DNA from: an uncultured Enterobacteriaceae bacterium
GTDB lineage: Bacteria > Myxococcota_A > UBA9042
DNA: 64,000 nucleotides
Direction: 5' to 3'
Assembly: GCA_964560875.1 (NCBI GenBank)
Contig: CAZLMW010000013.1
Location: 12,279-76,278 of the forward strand
Shown here: positions 18,874 to 27,826 of the stretch, piece after piece
Numbering within the stretch: position 1 is the stretch's first letter
Layout: each line of letters opens with the position of its first letter
Translations under genes and position numbers: made by a program
Notes under the pieces: model-generated
The model's input: the letters and a program-made list of their open reading frames with translations, nothing else
What the model was told of the DNA's origin: nothing
Databases searched by the model: none

Positions 18874-19787
18874 TAGAAGCTCCCGCGTACGCCGATAATC
18901 CCGCCGCCCTCGCGCGGCACGACCGCTAGCGATATCGGTGGGACGTCGTTGTCAGCGGTGTCGGTCTGCGGCGAGTCGAACGCAAACCATGCCCCTGCAG
19001 CGGCGCCGACAAGGGTGCCGACGAGCACCGGGCGAAGCGACCGCTGGGACCCGCCGTCGGAGACACCGAAATAGACCGCGCCGACAAAGGTTCCCAGCAT
19101 CGCTCCAAGGTCGATCTTCCAAACCGACAAGCGCGACGGGCGCAGATCGTCCCACAAGACCCAGCCGGCGGCGTAGCTGATGGCAAACGTCGCACCCAGC
19201 CCCAGGTTGGACGGCGCGCTCGGTCGCAGTGACGCGAACTGCAGCAGCGAAAACGTGGTCCAGAAACCCACCGTGTTCGCCAACGAAGCCTGCGCCGCGG
19301 TCGGCTCCTGCCAATACGCCAGCGCCGCGAACGTGAGCCCACCGATCAGCTCCCCCGTCAGCACGTAACGCGCCCGCACGACGTCGTCGTCGAAACCCCA
19401 GTCGTTGTTGTCGCGCCTTTCCTTGATGGACCGCTCGCCGAGCAACACCCCACCGAGCGCCCCGACGAGCATCCCCGTGTCCGTCGTGATGACGGCCCCT
19501 CGCGGAAACTGGCGGCCGACGACGTAGCCCAACGCGGCGCCCGCGACCGCCCCAGCGTTCATGGAAACGAAGGTCTCTTCATCGCGGCAGCGGTTGCCCG
19601 CCTCGCAAATCAGCGCGCCGAGGATGAACCCATTGACGGCCTGCGCGACGGCGGCATCGACGGCGCCGTGTTCAGCCTTGGTGGACTTGGCAGACGTATC
19701 GGCCGGGCTGGCAGCACCACCCAAGGACGGCAACCCCGCGCAAAATACGCACAAGGTCGCGACTGCGACGCGCGTGGCTCGGTTCAA
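18873..19787 (-). CDS. Gly-zipper-rich multi-pass membrane protein, paralogue B, C-terminal Phe
   Basis: Signal/anchor MNRATRVAVATLCVFCAGL. Same architecture as 17381..18172 (WKIDLGAMLGTFVGAVYFGV versus WIIDLSGAVGTVVGALVANAV, C-terminus GVRGSF). Confidence 0.7.
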   Translation of the reverse strand: MNRATRVAVATLCVFCAGLPSLGGAASPADTSAKSTKAEHGAVDAAVAQAVNGFILGALICEAGNRCRDEETFVSMNAGAVAGAALGYVVGRQFPRGAVITTDTGMLVGALGGVLLGERSIKERRDNNDWGFDDDVVRARYVLTGELIGGLTFAALAYWQEPTAAQASLANTVGFWTTFSLLQFASLRPSAPSNLGLGATFAISYAAGWVLWDDLRPSRLSVWKIDLGAMLGTFVGAVYFGVSDGGSQRSLRPVLVGTLVGAAAGAWFAFDSPQTDTADNDVPPISLAVVPREGGGIIGVRGSF

Positions 19788-19862
19788 AGCGACGATTCCA
19801 GCAATTGCCCTCGGCCGACCTTAGCAAAAGATCCGCCGATGCCGCCAATCGCCGTCGTCAGG

Positions 19863-21992
19863 TTAAAAAATCCCGCCCGCGAACATGAACGCGCGATAGG
19901 GGATGTCGAGGTTCTGCCCGCTCGGTTGACGGACGCGAACCAACAACGTTTGCCCCTGCTCGCCGGTCACCTTGCTGACATTCCACCACTGGGTCGCGAC
20001 CTGTGGATCGCCGGATTCACCCGGTCCGACCACGCCGCAGTGCTCCGAGCCGATCTTGGCCGGTCCGGTCCCCGCAAGCTCGATGATGTTGCTGTACCAA
20101 TACATCTGCACGCACAGCTTCGCGCCGGCAGGGACGGTCCCACAGTCGTTGGCGGCGTCGGGTTTGCGCGCGGCGACACCGGCCTGGACTTTGGCCCATG
20201 CCCCGAGCAACGGCAGCGTGAACCAGTCGACGTCGCCCTTGGTCATCGACAGCTTGTCGATCGTCACCTTCTGCCCGAGGTTCTTCACCGCCTGCTTGAC
20301 GCTCGCCTTGTTGTTGGGCTCGAAGATGTCCGGGTAGCACGACGGCGTCGCGATCGTTCCGCCCCACGCCGACGCGTAGACCTCGTCAAGCAGCCTGTCG
20401 GTGAGCTTCAGCGCGTCGTTGGCGAACTGTGAAACGTCCATATTGATCGGCGTGTTGGTCGCGCTCTGGATGTACCCGCCCACACCGTCGATGAGGCCGA
20501 TCGCGCAACTGACCGCCTGCGAAAAGCCCTTGGGCAGCCACGGCTTGGACGTCCGCTGCACGCGCAATCGCTGGTAAACAAAGGTCTTGTTGCTGACGTA
20601 GAGGGTGTCCCAGAGCTGCACGTACGTCGTTGTCGAGCTGATGATGGTGGTCAGGTTGATGGTGGTGACGACCTTCTTCAGCTCCTTGCCGATGTTTTCG
20701 ACCATCTTCATCGTGAACGTGAAGATCTTGCCGTCGCTGATGGCGGGCTTCTTGTCGCCCGGCACCGTCATGTACAGGTCCATCTGCACAAAGTTGCGGG
20801 TCGCGGCCAGCAGCCGCAGCGTGTTCTTGACCGCGGCCTTCACCATCGCCTTCTTGGCGGGATTGGCGACCGGGTTCGTCGCGTCCTTCTTGATCATGTA
20901 CAGCGCCTTGTGGGCGACCTTCTTCCACAAGCCCATGTTCGCCGCGTAGAGCGCATTGGGTTGCCCGGTGACCGGTCCGGCCGACACGAGGAACGCGCCC
21001 GTGGCCTTTTCACAGCCCTTTTGAATCAGCCAGTTGCCCGCGGCTTCGGCGATCGACCAGCCAAACGCCGACCAGGTGAGGCCGCCGTCGAACTTCATGA
21101 ACAACCCACCCATGAGCACGCCCGCCGCTTCCTTGGCGAACTCCGCGAGGTTGCTGCACCAGCCGGTGTAGAGCGGGTTGAAGAACAGGCAGGTCTTGTT
21201 GACGAGGTTCTTGACGATCGAGGTGACCGCCATCGTGATCGCTGTGCGCAGGGCAAAGCGGATGACCATCGACACCGAGATGCCGACCAGCGTGAACTTG
21301 TCGCCGGGGAACGGGCTCTTCTGGTCCTTGTTCCAAGCGACGTCGAGCTTGTTGTCCGCCGCGGATTGGTCGCTGCTGACCTCGACTTTGCCGTTGGTGA
21401 GGCTGCCGGCGTAGTAGGCGGGGGCGAGCTTGCCGGCCGGATCGACGATGAGCGCGAAGACGGCGCCGGACTGCTCGACGCGCACGGTGACTTTCGCCTG
21501 GCCGAGCGCCGATTCCTTGTCTTTCTCACCCTGGACGCCGTTGATCTCGATGAGCGCGTTGTGGTGGGGCGAGTAGAAGCCGACCACACCCATCTTGTCG
21601 GTCTTGGCGCTGGCCGATTCGACGTTGCCGGCGACCTTCTGCATCTTGATGACGCCGGCCTTGGCGAGCTCGGCATCGGTCGGGCCCTTCTTGGTGCCGC
21701 CCGAGCTGGATGCACCACTGGACCCGGACGACGAGCTGGCGCCCGAGCTGGACGCCCCGCTGGAGCTGGTAGAGGAGCCGGCGTCCGCGCCGCTCGAACT
21801 GGATGTTGCTGCGTCGCTGGTCCCCGACGACGAGCCCGTGTCGGTGCCGCCGATCTGGCCGTCGTTGCCGCCGCTTGAACTCGCGCCTGTCGCATAGCCT
21901 GCGTTGGTGCTTCCGGTACCGCCCACGCAGCCGGTGAGGGCGAAGATGTGCACGAGGAGGATCGCGACCTTGCGTTGCAGGGAACGGTTCAT
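19863..21992 (-). CDS. Large hypothetical lipoprotein with Ser/Gly-rich linker and C-terminal PPC (pre-peptidase C-terminal)-like domain
   Basis: Lipobox ALTGCVGG, about 90-aa S/G/T linker. C-terminus has DIFEPNN...GDVDWF, typical of a PPC domain. Confidence 0.8.
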   Translation of the reverse strand: MNRSLQRKVAILLVHIFALTGCVGGTGSTNAGYATGASSSGGNDGQIGGTDTGSSSGTSDAATSSSSGADAGSSTSSSGASSSGASSSSGSSGASSSGGTKKGPTDAELAKAGVIKMQKVAGNVESASAKTDKMGVVGFYSPHHNALIEINGVQGEKDKESALGQAKVTVRVEQSGAVFALIVDPAGKLAPAYYAGSLTNGKVEVSSDQSAADNKLDVAWNKDQKSPFPGDKFTLVGISVSMVIRFALRTAITMAVTSIVKNLVNKTCLFFNPLYTGWCSNLAEFAKEAAGVLMGGLFMKFDGGLTWSAFGWSIAEAAGNWLIQKGCEKATGAFLVSAGPVTGQPNALYAANMGLWKKVAHKALYMIKKDATNPVANPAKKAMVKAAVKNTLRLLAATRNFVQMDLYMTVPGDKKPAISDGKIFTFTMKMVENIGKELKKVVTTINLTTIISSTTTYVQLWDTLYVSNKTFVYQRLRVQRTSKPWLPKGFSQAVSCAIGLIDGVGGYIQSATNTPINMDVSQFANDALKLTDRLLDEVYASAWGGTIATPSCYPDIFEPNNKASVKQAVKNLGQKVTIDKLSMTKGDVDWFTLPLLGAWAKVQAGVAARKPDAANDCGTVPAGAKLCVQMYWYSNIIELAGTGPAKIGSEHCGVVGPGESGDPQVATQWWNVSKVTGEQGQTLLVRVRQPSGQNLDIPYRAFMFAGGIF

Positions 21993-22120
21993 GGAGAGCT
22001 CCGGGGCGCATGTGGCTGGCGACCTCGACCAACGTTTTAGCGGTGGGCCGAAGACGACGCACGGGGGGCGGGGCTGGATCTAGTTGACCCGGGCGCGTGC
22101 CGAGATCAAAGAAAAAAATA

Positions 22121-22262
22121 GGGCGGCGATCATCGTTTGGTCTACGGATCGAGAAGAAGCCGCGAGGGACGCAAGGCGCAAGTGAGCCGCACGCTGCGGG
22201 AAGGTGTCGAAGAGTGACACTTTTTCGGCACCAGGGGCCGGGCGCCGGCCCCTCAACGAAAC
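22121..22262 (+). repeat. Copy A of a ~141-nt repeat family with two predicted hairpins (partly decayed), in the 5' region of lpdA
   Basis: About 85-90% identical to 60034..60174. Contains ...gacgcaaggcgca...gggaaggtg... and ggggccgggcgccggcccc. Flanked at 22085 and 22275 by a 9-bp direct repeat ttgacccgg. Confidence 0.8.
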
Positions 22263-22351
22263 GAAGGAGTCGCCTTGACCCGGCAATCGCCGCTGCCCAC
22301 CATCCCGCCGTTCGTCGCTGCGGCCATCGAACGCACCACGGGAGACACGTC

Positions 22352-23764
<1,413 letters not shown>

Positions 23765-23793
23765 TCCCAGCGCGATGCGAAGTGTCAGCCGCG

Positions 23794-23905
23794 ATGTGAA
23801 ACGCCCGGCACGTCACATTCGCTTGTGAACCGCCCGGCACTGCACATTCGGCACTTCACATTCGGGCACGCACATTCGCTTTGTGAAACGCCCGGCACGT
23901 CACGA
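23794..23905. promoter_or_regulatory. Array of 3-4 tandem ~30-bp repeats (tgtgaaacgcccggcacgtcacattcgc) with TGTGA/TCACA inverted motifs, upstream of the MYXO-CTERM gene
   Basis: Seen directly: gtgaaacgcccggcacgtcacattcgc / ttgtgaaccgcccggcactgcacattcggc / acttcacattcgggcacgcacattcgc / tttgtgaaacgcccggcacgtcacgatcc. Lies 80-190 bp upstream of the start at 23987. Confidence 0.6.
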
Positions 23906-23986
23906 TCCAGCCCCACACGGCTCTTCATTGCTTTGTTCTTGGAAACGGCCATATTGGCGGGGCTACCTCATCGCCGGAGCCCCCTC

Positions 23987-26236
23987 ATGCACGCCCCTGC
24001 CGCGCTCGGCCGTACGGTCCCAGCCGTCGCCCTCGTCGCCCTCTTGTTGTTCGCCGCTGACGCACTTGCATGCGGCGCTTGTGTCTCCCCGCAGCCGCCG
24101 CCCGGCAAACCGGACTACCCGGTCCTTCAGAACGCCGAACGCGTGCTGTTTTACGTCGACAAGGACAAGAACACCGTCGCGTGGGTCGAAGTTCGCTACC
24201 AGGGCCTCGCCGACAACTTCGGCTGGGTCCTTCCCCTGCCCAAAGTGCCCAAAGTCGCCGTCGGGTCGGCGGTCCTCTTCGATCGCCTCGATGCCATCAC
24301 GGGCCAGCGCTACGACGTCACGCAGAAAGCCAGCGAGAACTGCCATAGCCGCTACGACGGCTGCGATTTGACCCAAGGCGGCGGCTCATCCAGCGGCTCG
24401 TCCAGCAGCAGCGGCGGCTCGTCCAGCGGCGGTGCAACGTCCGATGCAGGCACCGGCGTCCCCGGCGGCACGCCCGACACCGTCAAGGTCCTCGATCACG
24501 GCACCACCGGACCGTACGACTACGTGGTCGTCAAGGGCAGCGACGCCAAGGACCTGACGACCTGGCTCAACAAGCACAAGTTCATCACACCCAAAGCCGC
24601 GACGCCGATCGTCGATGCGCACATCAAAAAGGGCGACGTCTTCCTCGCCATCAAACTGGCCAACGGCGCCGGCGTCGAACAGATCGCGCCTGTCATCCTG
24701 ACCATGAAGGACGCCGACCCGTGCGTTCCCCTGCGCCTGACGTCCATCGCAGCGGTCGAAGACATGAGCGTCGTCGTGACGGTCGCGGGACCCGGTCGCT
24801 CTGTCGTCAAGAACCACCTCGATGCGGTCGTCAACCACACCAAGGTCAACCTCTTTCAGAAGGCCAACAACTACGGCCAGGTGGTGAGCGCCGCCATCGA
24901 CGAAGCGGGCGGGCACGCGTTCGTGACCGAGTTCAGCCAACCCGCCGCCCCCTACAAGGGCCAGATCAAGAGCAGCATGTCGCTCGTGTCGATCAAGGCC
25001 GCCAAGAACGTCTTCCAGCTCGCCAACGCCCTCTTCGCCGGCGGCTCGACTTGGCTGCATCCGGACATGGTGACCATCATCGACAAGGAAGCCGGCCTGA
25101 AAAACCTCATCCCGTACAAGGCCAAGACTGCCGCCGCAGCAGCGGCTTGGCTGTGGTCGTGCGGCAGCCTGTGGTCTCAATCCGGCGGCTTCCAGCCATG
25201 CAACTACAAGGGCGCGACCTTGACGCCAAATGACGCCAAGCAGACGCCATTTCCGGGCGTGAAGGTCAGCGAGGCGCTCAAGACCGGCGTGATCGATCCC
25301 GTCTACGCAGTCGCCGACGCCATCGGAGCCACCAAGCAACTGACCCGCATGGTGCTGCGTATCGACCCGCAAGAGATGGACCGCGACCCGATCTTCGCGT
25401 TTTCGACCGACGGCAAGCTGCCCAACGTGTCCAACCGCGTGAAAGTGACGTGGAACCGGGTTTGCTCCGATGGCTGGGCGATCACCAAGGACCAACTCCG
25501 ACTCGCGATCCAGGGCTACGGATCGTGGCTCGTCGGTGGCCAGATGGGCAAAGGGACCTCCGCGCTCGATAAGCGCTGGGCCAAGGCGCCGTTCGCGCGC
25601 GCCATCGTGCTCCAGGAAGAGGCCGGCGCGCCGATCTACGTTGGTCAGAAACAGGCGGATGCCGTCGACGCCGCGATCGCGGGGGCTCAGCCGGGCAAAG
25701 CATCGCTTCCGTCGAGTTTCAAGGTGACGCCAGCCCAGCCGTGGGCCATTCCACCAAGCGACGCGCCGCTGACCGAAGTCGGCCCCTGGTGCCCGCCAAC
25801 CCCATGGTGCGTTCCGAAAAAGGGTTGGTCCGCAGGCACGGTTCCGCCCGGCTATCCGGGCGCGGGTAAGGGGCCGGGGCCATCGATTTGCCAGTACAAG
25901 GGCGCGCCGGGCACGAGCAGCAGCGGCGCATCGAGCACAAGTTCGGGCGGTTCGAGTACCAGTTCGGGCGGTTCGTCATCCGGTTCGGCGTCAAGCAGTT
26001 CGGGTTCGGGCAGCTCGGGTTCGGGCAGCTCGGGTTCGGGCAGCTCGGGCGGGTCCGACGCCTCGACAGCTGACGGCGGTTCTTCGAGCGGAACCGTCGG
26101 CGCGAGCTCGAGTTCGGGCGGCTCTCCGGATGATGACGGCTGCGCAGCGACCCCCACAGGCCACTCCGGCGTGATGTGGTTGCTGTTGCTCGCGTTGTCG
26201 ATCGTCGCGATCCGGCGCTGGAACGTCGCGGCATGA
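23987..26236 (+). CDS. Secreted MYXO-CTERM-type protein (N-terminal conserved domain, Ser/Gly-rich linkers, C-terminal GC...TM...RR sorting tail)
   Basis: Signal peptide MHAPAALGRTVPAVALVALLLFAADALA. C-terminus DDGCAATPTGHSGVMWLLLLALSIVAIRRWNVAA fits the MYXO-CTERM pattern. Start chosen at M55 of the ORF that begins at 23825. Confidence 0.8.
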   Translation: MHAPAALGRTVPAVALVALLLFAADALACGACVSPQPPPGKPDYPVLQNAERVLFYVDKDKNTVAWVEVRYQGLADNFGWVLPLPKVPKVAVGSAVLFDRLDAITGQRYDVTQKASENCHSRYDGCDLTQGGGSSSGSSSSSGGSSSGGATSDAGTGVPGGTPDTVKVLDHGTTGPYDYVVVKGSDAKDLTTWLNKHKFITPKAATPIVDAHIKKGDVFLAIKLANGAGVEQIAPVILTMKDADPCVPLRLTSIAAVEDMSVVVTVAGPGRSVVKNHLDAVVNHTKVNLFQKANNYGQVVSAAIDEAGGHAFVTEFSQPAAPYKGQIKSSMSLVSIKAAKNVFQLANALFAGGSTWLHPDMVTIIDKEAGLKNLIPYKAKTAAAAAAWLWSCGSLWSQSGGFQPCNYKGATLTPNDAKQTPFPGVKVSEALKTGVIDPVYAVADAIGATKQLTRMVLRIDPQEMDRDPIFAFSTDGKLPNVSNRVKVTWNRVCSDGWAITKDQLRLAIQGYGSWLVGGQMGKGTSALDKRWAKAPFARAIVLQEEAGAPIYVGQKQADAVDAAIAGAQPGKASLPSSFKVTPAQPWAIPPSDAPLTEVGPWCPPTPWCVPKKGWSAGTVPPGYPGAGKGPGPSICQYKGAPGTSSSGASSTSSGGSSTSSGGSSSGSASSSSGSGSSGSGSSGSGSSGGSDASTADGGSSSGTVGASSSSGGSPDDDGCAATPTGHSGVMWLLLLALSIVAIRRWNVAA

Positions 26237-27801
26237 TCGAGCGCTGGACGCGTCGCGGCCCGACTCGTTATCGACCGATCTCGCTGGTCGTCGCGCCGTT
26301 GGTTGCGTCGTTCGTCCTGTGCACTGGCTCCCACGCCTTCGCGGGCGAGGTCGTCACCGTCAAGTTCCCCAACGGCAACCGCTACAAGGGCGAGACCAAA
26401 GACGGGCGCATGCACGGCAAAGGCACCCACTGGTGGAGAGACGGGCGCAAGTACGTCGGCGACTGGAAAGACGGCGCCATGCACGGCAAAGGTGTGCGCA
26501 CCTGGCCGGACGGACGTCGCTACGAAGGCGAGCTGCGCAAGAACCGGCAAAACGGCCAAGGCACCCACACGTGGCGCAACGGCGACGTCTATGTGGGCCA
26601 GTGGCGCGACGACAAGATGCACGGCAAGGGCGCGTTCACCATCAAAAAGGGCGGCTCCTACGACGGCCAGTGGCGCGACGACAAGATGCACGGCAACGGC
26701 AAGCGAACGTTCGCCAACGGCTCTGTGTACGACGGGCAGATGCGCGACGATCACCCCCACGGCAAAGGCACCAAGCGGTGGCGCGACGGCCGCGTCTATA
26801 CCGGCGATTTCGTGCGCGGCAAACGAACCGGCAAAGGCAGCTGCACCTGGAAGTCGGGCAGCCGGTATGAAGGCCAGTGGCTCGCCGGCCAACCGCACGG
26901 CCAAGGCACCTGGAGATGGCCGAACAAGTCGACCTATCGCGGCGACTGGGTCAACGGCAAGCGGCACGGAAAAGGCCTGTTCACGTGGCCGTCCGGCGCG
27001 ACTTTTGAGGGTGAGTTCAAGGCCGACAAGATGACCGGGCGGGGCAAACGCACGTTTCAGGGCGGCGCGGTCTACGTCGGCCACGTCAAAGATGGGGTCC
27101 CCCATGGCAAGGGCGCCAAGACGTGGAAAAACGGTATGCGCTACGACGGCCAATGGCGGCGCGGCAAGATGCACGGACAGGGCCAACGAACGCTCGCCGA
27201 CGGGGGCGTTTACAAGGGCGCTTTCAAGGACGGCTTGATGACCGGACGTGGCACCAAGACGTGGAAGTCGGGTGAGAGCTACAGCGGCGCCTGGAAAGAC
27301 GGAATCATGCAGGGTCAGGGCAGCTACAAGTGGCGCAATGGCGACCGCTACAAAGGGCTGTTTCGGGCCGGAAAGCCGCACGGCAGAGGCGCCAAGACAT
27401 TCGCCTCAGGCGGTTCCTATGTCGGCACGTTCAAAGCTGGCGTGATGACCGGGCGCGGCAAGCGCACATGGCCCAACGGAGACCGGTATGAGGGCGAGTT
27501 CGCGGCCAACGACAAGCACGGCCGCGGCATGTATCGCTGGAAGAACGGCGACGCGTACAAGGGCCGCTTCGACAAAGGCGTCAAGCACGGCAAGGGCAAA
27601 CTGCGCTGGAAAGACGGCACCTGGTACGACGGCGACTGGGATCGCGGACAGATGCAGGGTCGCGGCAAGCGCACGTTTAAAGACGGCGCGGTCTACGTCG
27701 GCGCGTTTCGGGCCGGCAAGATGCACGGCAAGGGCACGCTAACGCGCAAGGACGGCAGCAAGGTCAGCGGCCAGTGGCGCAACGACGAGCCCGTGAAGTA
27801 G
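26233..27801 (+). CDS. MORN-repeat protein with signal peptide (>20 MORN repeats)
   Basis: Repeating Y.G.W..G..HG.G motif throughout. Start MIERWTRRG... overlaps the upstream stop as ATGA; the hydrophobic LVVAPLVASFVLC leader follows. Confidence 0.85.
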   Translation: MIERWTRRGPTRYRPISLVVAPLVASFVLCTGSHAFAGEVVTVKFPNGNRYKGETKDGRMHGKGTHWWRDGRKYVGDWKDGAMHGKGVRTWPDGRRYEGELRKNRQNGQGTHTWRNGDVYVGQWRDDKMHGKGAFTIKKGGSYDGQWRDDKMHGNGKRTFANGSVYDGQMRDDHPHGKGTKRWRDGRVYTGDFVRGKRTGKGSCTWKSGSRYEGQWLAGQPHGQGTWRWPNKSTYRGDWVNGKRHGKGLFTWPSGATFEGEFKADKMTGRGKRTFQGGAVYVGHVKDGVPHGKGAKTWKNGMRYDGQWRRGKMHGQGQRTLADGGVYKGAFKDGLMTGRGTKTWKSGESYSGAWKDGIMQGQGSYKWRNGDRYKGLFRAGKPHGRGAKTFASGGSYVGTFKAGVMTGRGKRTWPNGDRYEGEFAANDKHGRGMYRWKNGDAYKGRFDKGVKHGKGKLRWKDGTWYDGDWDRGQMQGRGKRTFKDGAVYVGAFRAGKMHGKGTLTRKDGSKVSGQWRNDEPVK

Positions 27802-27826
27802 GCAGGCTTGTACGTAGCCGGATCGA

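Noticed and set aside
22080-22286. 68-69-aa ORFs on the minus strand inside repeat copies A and B (and the equivalent stretch of C) sharing the peptide TFPQRAAHLRLAS
   Set aside because: The similarity is explained by nucleotide identity of the repeat. ORF boundaries differ between copies, and copy C has no equivalent discrete ORF. They are kept only as a caveat in the findings.
22097-22351. N-terminal 85-aa extension of the lpdA ORF
   Set aside because: The extension is read through the repeat element, is Arg-rich, and precedes the canonical MSSTTQTWDVVVIGAGPGG FAD-binding N-terminus. The true start is taken at 22352.
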